A DNA stretch of 64,000 bases, from the NCBI GenBank assembly GCA_903813345.2, contig CAIIXF020000001.1:41788001-41852000 (forward strand), written 5' to 3'. Shown here piece by piece: positions 13,201-27,650 of this stretch. Both the position numbers and the translations under genes were made by a program. The DNA comes from Owenia fusiformis (taxonomy: Eukaryota). A model generated the notes under the pieces. It searched no databases. It saw only the letters and a list, made by a program, of their open reading frames with translations, and was not told the origin of the DNA. Each line of letters begins with the position of its first letter. Positions within the stretch are counted from its first letter, which is position 1.

Positions 13201-16200
13201 CAGTTGGTCTTGGGACTCTGAAGTGTTCTATTAACAGAGGTGTTCCACTTATAGAGATGTTCCACTTTACAGGTTTCACTGTATGTATGTACTTTATATT
13301 TATTCTGTAGTAGGTGCAAAAAAAGTGGTTGAAGCCGCACCTAAGAGGAAGGCATCATCCCGCAGCACCACAGTCAGCAAAGCTGCAGCCACAAAATCTT
13401 CAGAGAGTGAGTCTAGCACATCTGCGGATGAGGTCTTCAATATTGACGAGAAGAAAATCAATAAGAAACGTGGACGTTCATTTGCTCCTGATGACTTTAA
13501 ATTCTCTGCTCCGTCTAATCTTACATCTTTCTCATTCAAACCACTAAGCCCTGCTAGTGCCGCCAGTTTTATGTTCGGAGATCAAGATGGCGGATCCTAT
13601 ATTGCGAGTCCTCTTGCTCGCAGGTGAGTTAAAAGTTAAATCCCTGCTATTTTTAACCTATTGCAGCTAAAAAAATATTACATGCTTATATAAATTTTCA
13701 ACCTGTGCAAATGGATTTTTAAGGTCACGCAAGGTCATATCTGAATTAGTTGTTGCTGTTCGGGAGATCACTTGTTTGAAATAATAATCCTGTTTACATG
13801 AGGGTAGTTATTACACAGGTTTTGTTTTAGCATTAGATCCTTTACCCCCTTGATTGATTGCAGGTGTTCTACCCCTAAGGCATCTACTGGGAAGGTACAG
13901 CACTCCCCTGTTGTTGCCATGGCAACTGCCTCACCATCTGAATTGACTAGTTCTGCCTCAGGTAATCCAATTATGTATCAATGATTTAGGAGATAAAGAT
14001 TTTATAAACTAAATATATAAGTGCCAAAGGGAAAGGACCAAAAGTTGTAATGGAACTTAGCAAGAGAAAGCAAACTCAAACATGTTCAAAAGTAAAAGAT
14101 GTACTATGGTGTGTTTGTGCATAATGGTCCTCCAAAGATTTGTATGCACAATATGGTATAATGTTTTCAGAAAGTGAAGCAGCTATTACAAAGAAGACTC
14201 CTTCAAAAAGCCAAAGGCGCAAATCTACACGCTCAAATAAGGGCTCCCAGTCAAGTGAAGATGACACATTGGTGCAACAAAAGACGAAGACACCAAAGTC
14301 AACAAAGAAGACTCCAAAATCTATAAAGAAAACCAAGAACAATGCGGAAGCTATTCAGGAGATATCAAAAATTGAACCTGTTAATGAGAGTGGTCACCAG
14401 GGGGAGAGCTCAGATGAGACCAAGTGGTATACTGCAGTGAAGTCTCCAGATGTGTCTAAGAAAAGCTTGAGACGGTCTCTCAGACCTGCCCCAGCCACTG
14501 ATAGTGAGAGCCAATCCACTGCATCATCTGCAGATGAAGTGAGGATAATAAAAATAAACACTTTTATGCATGTTTAGACAGTTATAGTTCAGTTCAGGAT
14601 CCAAATTCTGTCCCAGTTCAATCCAATTCCATGTCAGCCCCTGTCTTCTGCTCCCCCTGTAAAATTGTTTTGACGGTTTATTGAAAGCTTTTAAGAAATG
14701 AAAATGTTTGTCTTGTATATTAAAATCAATTTTTTTTAGCTTTATTGTTTATATTCATATACGAATTGTAGTTTGATAAGAAAACCATTAGATAAATGAT
14801 CTTAAAATTGAAAAAATTATGAAATGTTACTTTGCAGCAATGTAGTGTTGTACAGAAACCACAGGAGAAGGTTGCCAACAGACGTAGAAGCACTAGGAGG
14901 AAGTCTACCGCTACAAGTGATGATACAGACTCCCAACAATCAACTGATGATGAGAGTGAAAAGAGAGGTAGACGCAACACAAGGAGATCTTGTATCAACG
15001 TTTTACAGCCTGTTGTGGAATCCATGGAGACTGAAAATGTTAGTCCTGTGAAGGAACCAGCACTTGATAAGATTGTCGAGGATCAGAAAACCACTAAAGA
15101 AAATATGGATTTCAAAGAGCTAGGGACACCAAAACCAAAGGATCCGACTGAAGGTGTGAAGTCTAGCGATGAAAGTACTTTTAGAACTCCGGGACTCAGT
15201 GCAAGGAAAGTCTTGAAAGCAAGGAGCAGTGGACGAAGGAGGACAACTCCCATCATGCCCTCTAGTGGTCGCAGGTTGCTTGCCAAGGCCAAATCTCCAG
15301 AAGAAAGGTAACCCACACTAATTTTGAGAGGAGCTTCTAAGTTCTACATTTTCAAATGGCATTTTACTTTCACCTTCACTAACCTTCTCAAGGTAAAAAA
15401 AGATCAAAAAGGTCTTTTTGTCAACTTGCTCCAGATTGACCAATTTTTTTCAAAATCATCTGCAAGTTCTCAGAAATTCAAATCTGACTATAGATTTGAG
15501 ATTCGACCTTCAATCACCTTCTCAAGGTCAAAAAGGATTTGACTTTCAATTACCTTCTCAAGGTTAAAAAGGTATTTTTTCAACTTACTTCAAATTGACC
15601 AAATTTCTTTTTAAATCATCTACAAGTTCTCAGAATATATTACAGCCGAAAATATTTTTTCTGTGTGCCAATCAAACCTTAGAAAATTAGTAATGAAAGG
15701 ACCAAAGTGCAATATTAAATAGCTAATTATAGCTAATCTTGTTATAAACAATTGTAAAGTTCTCAAATACTAGTACACAAAGGTACACAATGGAGAGTTT
15801 CATTTCAACTCATAAAATGTTATATACAATAACCCATTGTATTCTGTTTCAGTGTGACTGTATTGAGCAGGAGTCCTATGATTGAAATGTCACGTAAAAC
15901 ACCCAAGATCAAACCAGCTACTCCACCAGCAAGTATGTATTATATATACAGGTCAAGGTCGTTATATCAATGTATGCCAACTTGTGGGAGGGGTTAAAAG
16001 TCTCACATTTTGTTAGCTTACATATCGGATGTTAAATGGGACCTTTTTAATTTTTAATACATCAACGAAAATTCCATTATATTTTTAGGGTGGGCAGGAA
16101 GGGTCTACCTGAAATGTACATTTTATGACAGTTTTAGTATTATCCCTTGTCCCCTCGCAAATATTCAATTTTAAAGAAATAACAGTCAAACATAAAAAAT

Positions 16201-19200
16201 AACATATACTCCTTATTCCTCATGAGATACATACCATTTTTTGTTGTGGTGGTTGGTGATCAGTGGTTGGGGGTTTTGCAGTTGGCGGTTTTGCAATCAG
16301 CAATTGGCATCTGTAACAAATTCTTACAACTTCCAACAACTTAACAAATACCGTTTAGACTGACTTCAGTTTTTTTTCAAAATCATCTACAAGTTGTCAG
16401 AAGTTCAGATCTGACTTTAAATTTGAGATTTGACCATGAATGACTCTCAAGATCAAAAAAGATAAAAACAGTCAGAAAGGTATTTTTTCAACTTGCTCCA
16501 AATTGACCAAATTTATCTACCAATTTTCTTTTCAAAATCATCTCCAAGTTATTAGAAATTCAAATCTGACTTTAGATTTGAGATTTGGGCTTCATTGGCC
16601 TGCTCAAGGTAAAAAATGACCTTCAATGACCTTTTCAAGGTCTTAAGAGGGTCAAAAAGGTCTTTTTTCAACTTGCATCAAATTGACCATTTTTTCCAAA
16701 ATCATCTATATGTTCTCAGAAGTTGGCCAATTTTTTTTCAAAATCATCAACATTTTCCCAAAAATTCAAAATTGACTTAAGATTGAACTCATAATATTGT
16801 GAGCAACTTGGTGATGACATTAATGCCTTTCCTTTTTTCTAGAATCACTGTTTCCCTTTTCACTTTTGAAATTCAACTTGCAGAAAATTGAGATGAGAAG
16901 TAGATGTACTTACTTATCTTGTTATTTAGTACTGAATGTCTCTTTAGTGTGACTAATCTAAGTTCAGTGTAACAGCAAGAAATATAGATGAAATCACAAG
17001 GTTTATTTGAATCATGGATTTTTCTTTTCAGATCGTTCCTTTGTTGAGCCACTTAACTTTGATGACATGGACGACATTATAGATGCTGATCCAACAAATG
17101 AACACAATGAACCAACTACTTCACCTGATACTATAAAGGGTAAGTAATCACTTGTGTGTCTTTATCTGGGATGATGTCTTGGGCTTGTTCGTAATCATGC
17201 TCCAATAGTGACATATGATCGAATCCTTCATGACTCTTCCAGTCCATTCAGTATTTTAAAACCAATGGACCTGACCTTACTTGCTCACCTGCTTCGCTAA
17301 TTCACTCACTTATTTACTTACCTATCTTGTGAAATGTTAATACTGACAGCTCTGATGATTTTCCAGAGAAGACGGATGAGGAACTCCTGAAGGGGGAGCA
17401 TAATGTTCCATATTTCCGTGCACTGGTCCGTAGCGAGACAAAGCAGTTTAATATATCATGTGGCCATTGGGAGAAGATCTTGTCTGAGACTAGTGGAATC
17501 TCAGAGGAAGGTAACATAACTGAACAACATTTTACCTTTCTGCATTGAATTAAATGTATCAAAGTTTAAATATCCAATATGGGTTACTTGGTTTCAGGTA
17601 AGCTCGCATGATGAACTATTGCAGTCACTCACTTGCCTTATTTAATGATGTTGCATCCTCATGAAAATCCATATGCACTCAGTAGAGAGAATAAAAATTA
17701 TGAAACATCAGGGTTTTGACGAGTTTTGAACATTTTTCCTATTTCAGAATTTTTCATTGATAACATAGAAAAATTGTTAATTTGTGACATACAAGAATCA
17801 TAATGAATTTAACATGTAAACCTAGATGTATCTCATATGTTTTAATATCTGGTGGTTTTGTAGTTCAAGGACAGATAAGGACTACAATAGGGCAAGCTAA
17901 GCTATTAGTGGCTCAGAGGTTCAAACAATTTGTTGGCCTCATTGACAACTCTGAGTTCAACACGGGCGAAAAAGAAATCACCGCAACTGATCTCCAAGGA
18001 TTCTGGGATATGATCTATTTCCAGGTGTGTAGTGTGTATGGTTTTGTTTTTGAAGTAAGCTTAATTGATAACTATTATGGTTATTTGTGTTTTTGCAATA
18101 AATGTGTCTAAATTGATTTTGCCTAAACCTTTAGAGTGCATTCATTATCTTTAGAATATCTCTAAATATGGTTTTGATTTCAAGTTAAACTTTGTTGTTG
18201 AAGTCTACATTTCCCAAATGACGTTTGTCTGTTCCTACCTTATCATAATATCATTTTGACCACTAACCACTCTTTGTAGTTTTCTCAAAATTATAAGGTT
18301 TAATTCTAAGTGATAGAAAAAGTCAATATTTTGGAATTTTGGTTGTTATTCATAAAACAAATGAAACTTGTGGGGAATTTTCCTTTGGGCTTGCTATTTC
18401 TAAATTCTAAAAAGCTATAGGAATTCTGCCAGAATGGAACAGTTAAAGCCATTGATGGGATATGGGATAAGGCTAGTTGTTCTTGTTTTCGAATTGGTCA
18501 AATCTGCAAAACAATTTGTTGAAAAAGATTCTGTCTGTTGAAATGAAAAGCTGTACAGAGTGATTATTCTTACACTAAACATATTCCTCACATCTTGTTT
18601 GTGTTTGATTCTGTAGGTCGAAGATGTTAACAAAAAGTTTGAAGACCTTGCTAAACTTCGTGCTAATAATTGGGTTGAAGAAACACCAAAACCTAAGGTT
18701 GTTGCAGTGAAAAAGAAGACAGTGAAGCCTGCAGTAAAGGTAAATTAAAATAATGTCATGTCATCTAACCAAACACATGTGAATGTACCTGCATCCATAA
18801 AGCTTTGAAGAAATGTATCTAAGATTGATCCTAGGATACATGGATATAAGATAAAAAATAATGTACAGTGCATGCAAATTTTGTCTAAGAATCCATCCAG
18901 TAAGGATAGGTGCATGTGCGTATTATTTGATTTGAAGGTAATGCTAAAAGACTAATAATAGATAAATTAAGTCTTTGTCAAGTAACATGACAGCACTATT
19001 TTAGTTTGTAAGTTTTTAGTAGAAATCAATATGCATTTCTTTCAGACCGTTTATTGTAAAAGCATATTTTTCAAAATCTTAACCTGTATTTCATTCTTCA
19101 TTACCAGAAAGCAGCAGCCAAGCCTGTTGTCAAGAAGGCTGGTGGAGGCTTTGCTGCCTTCAGGGCAAAGATGAAGGAACAGCAGAAACAGAAAGAGAAG

Positions 19201-22200
19201 AAGGAGGAAGCACCAGAGGAGAATATCACATTTGATGCAGGTTTCTTCAAAGTTAGCAGCCCAGTTAGAAATCCTAAGGTTCACTGCTCAGGTGAGGACT
19301 TAGAGGATGTTGCAATGGATGCTAGCAAGTAGACTTAAATGTTAAGAGTTTAGAACAACATGTATATAGGCTAATGTTTCCAGAATTACTCACAACAGGC
19401 TAAATAAATAAAAACAAGAGAAAAATTAATGGAAATCATAAATTTAACATGGAAAAGTTGAAAAGTCCCTAAAAGCAACAGGGGATTTTGTGAAAACAAC
19501 CAGTGAAAACCGCTGTTGCCTGCTGCTAATAAAACCCCTGGTTTCATTTTCAGGTGGTTCTCCCGGAAAAGTCCCAACCAAGAGGTTAAGTTCAAGTCTG
19601 CTGACTCCCAACAACAGTCCTTTGATGAAACAAGTCCTCCTCAAGTCAGCCAGAAAGTCTATGGGTGCCACACCAGGGCTGAGAGTCCCTGGGGGAAGCT
19701 CAAGGAAGTCCACCCCCATAAATGCGATCATCTCTGCATCACACAGACCAAGTCCATTGTTACGAGATACCACACCTCATAATAGCCCAGTTCCACTTAG
19801 CAGCTCTGTATTCAGCCCCTTGAGAGAACAGTCTGAAAGAACAGATTCTACAGGGTCTACAGGTTTTAGTCCAGGGCCCACTGCACCTATATTTACACCA
19901 GAGAGTCAAGGTCAAGCTGGCAGTATATTCACCCCTGATAGTCTAAATGTAGCCCCCACAGTAGAGAATGTGGTTCCCATGGAGACTGAAAACAATACTC
20001 CAGCTACTAGGAAATCATCCAGGTAAGAGTTATAGTGTGACCTAGTCAATGAAGTTAATAATCTTTTAACATTTTCACCACAGCCACAGTACAGTAGATC
20101 CATTCTGGCAAATCCATTCTGGTATTATACCAGAGCGCATTTTATCTGCCATTTGCGAGAGACTGGTTTACTGAACACGCCGACCCGTTTAAGGGGTGGC
20201 ACTTTATGTGAGATCAGCTAAGCCAATCAGAGCGCTCCTTACATAATCGATTTGACCCAGATAATTTCTTAGTTCATTTCCTATTTTATTGCATGAATTC
20301 CGTAATAATTTAGTCATATACAGGGTGTCCCGAAAGTATGGGGCCCCCCCTAGACAGACATATATCAATGTCTCCATAGTATGTGTCATATATCATTTTA
20401 AAGCTTATCCAAAGTTACATTGATTCACCAAGTATCATGGTTCAACTCTCAAATGTGAAAAAATTACAAGCATTTCAAAATTTAGTGTTTGGTCAAAATT
20501 AAGTTCAATTTTACACCAAATCACTAGTCAATGTGTCCTCCCGGGCCACCTTAAAAGCAGCAATTCTTTACGGGTCTGATGAATATTGAGTTGGAAAAAG
20601 AGAATGGTGAGGGTAGAGACTCTAAGGAAACTCTTCTAAAGTCCCTTAACAGGTTTTAAGAGGGTTATACAATTCCACACCCCTATTTGAAGGGCTTTTA
20701 AGGTCATATCTGAAAATAATTGCTGCTGTTAACATGGCCAAGGGGGGACACATTGACTAGTAATGTGGTGTAAAATTGAACTTTATTTTGACAAAACACT
20801 AACTTTTAAAACGACTGCAACTTTTTCCCATTTGGGAGTTAAACCATGATACTTGGCAAATCAATGTAACTTTGGATAAGCTTTAAAATGATATATGACA
20901 CATACTATGAGGACACTGGAATATGTCTGCCTAGGGGGGGCCCCGTACTTTCGGGACACCCTGTATATGTTATAAAACCATTGAATAAAAAACTATTGTT
21001 GTGTTTGTTTTATTGTCAAGAGTTCCTATGAGCCCTGATCAAATCGAGAATGATTTTTTTGCAGACTACTTTTTTCATAACAAGTGTACAATTTCGCCAT
21101 CTCAAGAAACTTCACGGGAATGAAAATTTGTGACTGAATTTCAGCTTAGTAAGGTCTTTGGGTTGTCAAATGAGGAATGATCGTCATGGTTTGGTGGTTT
21201 GTGTGCTGGCAGCTTGTGTCTGCAAATAATTACCGGACTTTGAGGAGCTTAAACAGTGAAACCAATTGTGGAGTGGCAATCCATAGAAATCTGTCAATCA
21301 TGATGAAGTAGTTGTAAAGCATCTTTTGATTCTCCCGTCGATAAAGCTGGCCGAGGAACGAATATAACTGCATGTTCAATCGTGGTTACTTTTGAAGGAT
21401 AAAGACAAAGGCTATATCACGATGTGGAAAATCAAATGCATAGAATATTATATATAACACCAAACTGACTATGGTTTATTTCATTCCAGGAAAAGCAATG
21501 CAACAACCTCAGATCAATGTAGCATATTAGAAGAAAGTAGTTCCAGTGATCCCTTTGCCAAATACCTCAAACCTTCATCCCCACAAATAAATGGTAAGAT
21601 ACATTATGAATAAAATATATGTTGGTATTATGCTATGGTTTTTACCAAGAAAGATATTACCAATATAGTAATATGACAATTATTTCTGGTGAAGCCACTT
21701 TTACCTTAATCTTTTTCAGAAGAACATATGGATGTTGATACAGGTGGCAACACTGCTGATATAGAGCAGGATGAGGAAATGCCAGCCCAGATGAAGAAGA
21801 ATCTTACGTCAATCTTTGATGACCAAGTCTCTGCAAAGAAAATCAAACACAATTCAGGTATTTTCATTACTTGGAGAATCTGCTTAAATTATTTTTTTAA
21901 ATATAATGTTTCTGAACATTTCTTTTAGAACTCTCAGAAATGTTCAGAAACATTGACATACGTATTATGATAACTTTTTTGACACTTATAATAGCTTGAC
22001 ATGCATTGTCACTTTTGACCAGTCTTGAATTATAACAATATGTAGTCTCAGTCTTTGAATCCTATGCATGGGTCTTATGCATTTTGACTTATAATTTTGT
22101 GCATATCAGAGGCGGACTCCTTTAGAAAAACACACAATTTGTATTCATTTAGTTTTCTATTTATAAGTATGCAACATCTTTAATTCCCAGGTCCATTACC

Positions 22201-24012
22201 AAAGAAAACTCCAGCCTCATTATCATGTCGTACCAGAAGAAGTGTCCACTTTATGTCTTCTAAGTTGTCTCCAGAACGAGACCAGGATGAAATTGCAACC
22301 AGACTGCCTCTAACACCCTTCAATAGGTCTTCTCTAGGTATGTTTCATAGCACTGTATTGGTTTTGTACTACAGTCTAGGTAGTTGACTGCAATGGGCTG
22401 ATATTGGAATTGAACTCAATGAGCTACCCTACCTGGACTATGAATCATTTGCTAAACTATATATAAGGGACTGATCAGAGGCACAATCTTGGTTCTCTAC
22501 AGACTTTTTTGTGGATGGTGTTGGGTGGTTGATGTTGGGCAGTTGACATTCAGCATCTGTAACAAATGGCAGGTGGTGGCATTGGGCAAGTTAATGCCTC
22601 GTTTAATTTTGAGTGGTAGGTTTGAAATCTTTATATATGTCACACTCAAACATGTACACAAACTTTAATTAAATTGCAGTGAAAGAGAAGAGACGAAGCC
22701 GACTAGACAGTGGTAGTTCACTGGGGAAGTCAGGTATGGACAGTCACCTGTTGTTCACCCCTGAAGCTGAGTCCAAACCTAAGGTAAACCCAGACACAGT
22801 ATCTCCTGCCACCAGGTTTGCCAATCTCAGAGTGGGACATACACCTGCACCAAGCTCCACCAAAAACCTGGTGAGTTTTCTTGTGGCACTTAAAATTTCG
22901 AATTGATAATCATCTTATTAGTGATTGAGTATCTAAGATGTTGAAATGTAGTCCAAGAAAAAGAGATGAAATGATTGGATATATGGAAAAAGATTAGGCC
23001 GAGAAATTAGGGATTGCATCAAGCTTTTTGCATGAAGTTAAAATTAAGAAAGGTTAGTGCTCTGTTCAGATTTAGTTAGTCACACTTACCTCTGGCTTCC
23101 ACAAATAAAATGCTGAGGAACTTTCATGGCCTTTTATAAAAAATTGTACTTGAAATTAATATCAGCTAAAATTAAGATGTTTTCTTTCAGGGTTCCCTGC
23201 TGTTTACTCCCCCACCCCCCAGCAATGAGGCTAGTCTGTTATTCACCCCCATGCCCCAGAGTGAAACTAATACTGAGAATACAAATCTCATGTGCTTCTC
23301 CCCCCTCGAGGAACCAAGTGCTGCACAAATCAGGTAAACTCATTAATCATGAGACCAGAAAAAATCCATTAGCCCAACCAGCAACACTTATTGAAGGAAT
23401 TATAGAAACAAGACTATTTTTCTGTTTTTACAAGATATGAGGTGACAACCTCAGGTTAACTTTGAATTGGTGCAAAAAGGGTCAAAATTGTGTGACATAT
23501 GGAATTGGTAATAAAATGCAACCTGAATGACTCATGTGACCTTTCTGAAATAGTTTACCTCATTAGAATAGTCTATATAACATATGAGTTGTCTTCATTT
23601 ATTTCAGTTATAATCAGATACACGAAATTTGATTAACTCAAGGGGTTTCATTAGCAGCAGGCAAAAGGCGATTTTCACCGGTTGTTTTTACAAAATCACC
23701 TGTTTTCAACTTTTCCATGTTAAATTAATGATTTCCATTAATTTTGCCAGTTGTTTTCATTTATTTAGCCTGTTGTGAGAAATTCTAGTGAAACCCCTGT
23801 CTACATGTTTAAAATTCAACCAGTCCAGATGGAAACTTAAATTGACTCCACTGTCAACTTAAACTGTGCTTATGTCGCACCATGATTTTAGCATTTCATC
23901 TAACCATTTATGAATTACAATGTATTTCTGTTTTGATTCCAGAAACCAACAGGATCAGATTTCATCTCCATTGCGGAGATCGAGCAGAAAATCACGGGTC
24001 AGCTTGCTGTAA
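10298..24012 (+). CDS. DLGAP5: DLGAP5/HURP (Mars-like) spindle protein, ~1305 aa, 21 coding exons
   Basis: Exons 10298-10493, 11355-11527, 12410-12550, 12813-12909, 13311-13623, 13864-13961, 14171-14538, 14838-15307, 15853-15932, 17032-17139, 17367-17510, 17864-18024, 18617-18739, 19108-19291, 19554-20022, 21490-21593, 21720-21857, 22191-22337, 22680-22870, 23191-23333, 23943-24012 total 3918 nt with consistent phases. N-terminal LKKWKEER...GTFKV, SFAPDDFKFSAP, GKAP domain (IRTTIGQAKLLVAQRFKQF...DLQGFWDMIYFQVEDV) and FDAGFFKVSSP match HURP. Confidence 0.92.
11766..12225. mobile_element. Degenerate TTAA-flanked MITE (Kolobok/piggyBac-like)
   Basis: ttaa|aggc ... gcct|ttaa; internal inverted arms cagtttaaatgtccag / ctggacatttaaactg. 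Confidence 0.6.
13122..13281. mobile_element. Tc1/pogo-type MITE
   Basis: ta|cagtaaaacctgtataagtggaacac ... tgttccactttacaggtttcactg|ta. Confidence 0.85.
15370..16780. repeat. Two intronic arrays (15370-15640, 16360-16780) of one repeat family flanking DLGAP5 exon 9
   Basis: Recurrent ttcaaaatcatctacaagttctcagaaattcaaatctgac and ctcaaggtcaaaaagg, all in direct orientation. Confidence 0.75.
20321..20963. mobile_element. Tc1/mariner-type palindromic MITE (643 bp)
   Basis: ta|cagggtgtcccgaaagta ... tactttcgggacaccctg|ta; inverted arms over 200 bp. Confidence 0.92.
23641..23799. mobile_element. hAT-like MITE remnant
   Basis: aggggtttcattag ... ctagtgaaacccctg; no clear TSD. Confidence 0.55.
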
Positions 24013-24489
24013 ATAGATATAGAGTACAATAGATGGTGCTTAAACTGCTAAAGAGATGCATATAGAGGGATAGCAATCGATGCACTGAGATTGAAAGAAC
24101 AACTTTGCAATATTCTAGAAAGTGGATGACACTTTGTACATAAAAGATCCCAGTGTCTTTTGTAAATAATAGAGATTACTAATTGCTCATACAAAGAAAA
24201 GCTTTATTTTCTGATTACCTCAAAAATTGTCAGAAATTGAATTGGTTTATGGCTTGTTACAGTGAACTGCTCACTGTAATTGGTGAATGTCGAAAGAATG
24301 GAACTAAGAAGTGATATATTATTATACAAATTCTACCTGATACTTAACTTGTCTAACATAACATGCAAAAGGGTGTTCCCCCAGTGACGGAAAACCAAAA
24401 TAATTTTTCCTGACCTGAAAAAGTTGGGGGATTTATAATCGTATGATAAATAAAAACACTCATTTTACATGTATGCACAAATTGGAAAA

Positions 24490-24750
24490 ATTACATTGTA
24501 CACAAGCAGTCATTACATTTCATTGTGCTCGAGCAGACACAACATTCTATACAAGCATGGACTTTCTGTCTTGAGAGCCCATAATACAAGCAAACATAAC
24601 ATAACATTGCATTCAAGCAGACAAATTGTATACAAGAAGATACAATATTACATTGTATAAGCAGACATAACATTACATTGTATACAAACAGACATAACAT
24701 TACATTGTATACAAGATATAATATTACATTGTAGACTATAAAGTTATACA
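24490..24750. repeat. ~28-bp tandem repeat downstream of the DLGAP5 AATAAA (24449)
   Basis: acattacattgtatacaagcagacata units. Confidence 0.8.
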
Positions 24751-25046
24751 CGTATGTAATAATCAGTTTTTGAGCTTCATCATGCTAAAACTTTTAGATA
24801 TAATAATCTCATTACTTAACTTGAAAATGTGCAAATGGCCCAAAATTGTCCAACTTTAAAACTCAATGATGTTCAGTTCATTAGACATAACAGTGAAATA
24901 ATCTGTATCTTTCTTATTGAGTTTTTTCAATATCCAGTTTGTGCAGCTAAATATATTTTATGCTTTAGATTGTACAACATGTCATACGCATTCTACTTTT
25001 TAATTCTGTAGCTGTTTTGATATCAGACATTGAGAATGATGGCCAG

Positions 25047-25692
25047 ATATATAGAGGTTATTTAATGGGAGGGATGGAATATGGATTTTATTCCGAGGGA
25101 AAATATGATATTGGCCAAGGAAAATATCATATTGACCTAGGGCGATAGCCCGAGTGTCAATATATTTTCTGAGGCCAATATCATATTTTCTCAAGGAATA
25201 AATCCATATTCCATCACGACCATCAATAACCTATTTATTTCATAATATTTTTTTTTCAATTTTTGTATGTCATCATCCAATGATTGTGACATAAAATTAT
25301 ACAATTTATCATATAACATTTTCAACTTTTATTCATGAAACGTCTTAATGAAACATGTGGATGTAGAATGGGCCTACATGTATGTACTTTTCAAGAATGT
25401 CTACATCTTATTCCATACTGTACATATCAGTCATTACTCTTGAGAACTGTCACTAATTTCAATAATTTCAATTTTCCAAACGATTTTTTTACTTCCTGTA
25501 GAGATGTGCTAGACGAAAAGCGTAAAACTCAAGAGAAATTACCGGGAATATTTCTGATACGGGATCTGATACGGGATTTTTGCTGATACGGGATCCAATA
25601 CAGGATCTGATACGGGATCTGATACGGGATTTTTCAAATAACACTTTTATTCCCTGTTATTTTCCCAGGGAAAACATGTTATTATGGAATAA
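25047..25692. mobile_element. Hairpin-ended non-autonomous element (atatagaggttattt family)
   Basis: ~185-bp terminal palindrome, internal (ctgatacgggat)n, end ccagggaaaacatgttattatggaata; relatives at 27977 and 46568. Confidence 0.75.
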
Positions 25693-27650
25693 TGTATGTT
25701 ATTACTGACAGTACTGTATTATTTTTTTATATTTAATTTCTGTTAAATTGATGTAAACTGTCTGAATAGTATAAATATACAAAAATAAGATACTAGTATA
25801 AGAATTATTTGTTCTGTGTAGTATTGCTTATACATTCAGAATCAATGAAATGGACAGAGACCAGAGAACTTCTTCTTTGGGATCAGTTCACTCTTGAATG
25901 AATATAGTCAACCATATCCTATCACATATTTTATGCAGTTTGTTTGCTGTCTTGAATACAGATACTACACATGAGCTAGGATAATTGGATTCTTTACTAC
26001 ATTCAGTATATTGTATAAAGGTTTAACGATTTGAGTGCCCTTCCAATTGTATTCGTACCTCACTTGAAATACTCAATTCTGATTGGTTACTTAAAAGTGA
26101 ACAATAGGTTCTGTTGACCACAACTTTTGAAAAAATAAAAAATTTTGAAAAAATGTTTGGGAAATAATTCCAGTTTTTGGTAAGTCCTTTGAAATGAAAG
26201 TCATAAAAACACAAGAAATACAATCCAAAATATAACATGACCATTGACCAAGGTGTAACAAATAGCAGGATCACGCTGCGGTACTAATAAGGCCTGCCTA
26301 CCAGGCATGTCATTTGACACACTGACAAACAGCACTCTTATTTTAAAATGGCAGGAGGAGAGGACACAGCTCCAAATTATACAAAATACTGATGTCATCA
26401 CTTCTACAAGAGCCAAAATATTAGACATTTGTAGACACTAATATATAATTGGACTTGTATTGGAGTTTGGAGTTACATTATAGGAGGTGAAATGAAGACT
26501 TGGACCATTAACTTTTACCTACTCTTATTAGCCATTATTAATGGTAAGTTTATTTGAGCTTTTTTAATTGTTTGGTTTATGCTTCTAAAATTATACAAAA
26601 TACTTGGAAATAAGATCAGTTTCTTCCATTAGGCAGTACCACTTTAGTGATGCTAACTGAGCTTTCAACTAAATACCCATGTGCATAATTAATGAGGAAA
26701 GAAACTACTGTTCATTTCATACCCTATGCCACTTACATCTATAAACTTGTGCCATTTGAGAATTTCTGGTACATGAAATCTAATAAATGTTTTAATATTA
26801 ACAGAAAGGGGTTGTTTCAAATTTAATGGATGGTTCAAATTGCAAGCTGTTTTCTAATTTGGCATATTTGGGGTCAGATTGAGACCTTTAAATTAAAATA
26901 AAGTCTTAATATCTGAATATGTTGCATTCTTTCCTTTTAAAGCCCAATAAAAAATTAAAAATTAAAGCTCAATAAATGCCCCTTGGACCACATAAAGAAT
27001 GGGCTTTACTGCGGGAAAATATGGTGTGTAGATACTAAATAACTCCCCTCTGTTGTCATGGTAACAGTTTCATTCCACATTGTGAATCATAACAATCTCA
27101 GTTTTAGCAACTGAATAAAGACACACATAATTAAAAGTATGTACTTTACTCGATTTTAAAGAATTTACATGTATTTAACAAAATACACATTTATTTTACA
27201 AAAATTGAATTTATTTATACTGGTAGTTTTTCTGTTACAGTCTTTGACAAAGTTTTATGTGGCAAATGTTTACAAGTAGAATTCTTTATTTACACCTTCC
27301 TAACATATTTGTAATAATTGTACCTTCCATTTTCTCATTAAAATCTGTCCATAATTTAACAAGACAAGATAATAGATTTGAATAATTTCAATAAATTTCT
27401 GTTCTTTGATTTGCTTTGAATTTCTGTCATAACATTTTGTTTTTCTATACTTTTGTTATTGTAAGTCGTGAGAGTGACTGACATACGTGGCATTCAAAAC
27501 ATCAAAACAGTTTTACAACTGGGAATAAAAACCATCTAGTTCTTAGCCCAATAGTAGGCATAGTTCATTTCTGGTTCATGTGTTCATATACACTGATAAA
27601 CAGGTCCTGAGCCTGAGAAATGTAAAGAAATGTTCTGTGTTCTATCGAGA

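Noticed and set aside
13300..15316. Minus-strand ORFs over DLGAP5 exons
   Set aside because: Antisense shadows of codon-biased exons; no domain or splice logic
10298..24012. Assignment to synaptic DLGAP1-4/SAPAP, and a synteny argument with vertebrate MAPRE/DLGAP paralogons
   Set aside because: N-terminal and FDAGFF motifs are HURP-type and no SAPAP repeats are visible; synteny cannot be tested here
24469..24751. ORFs of 63 and 86 aa
   Set aside because: Products of a 28-bp tandem repeat
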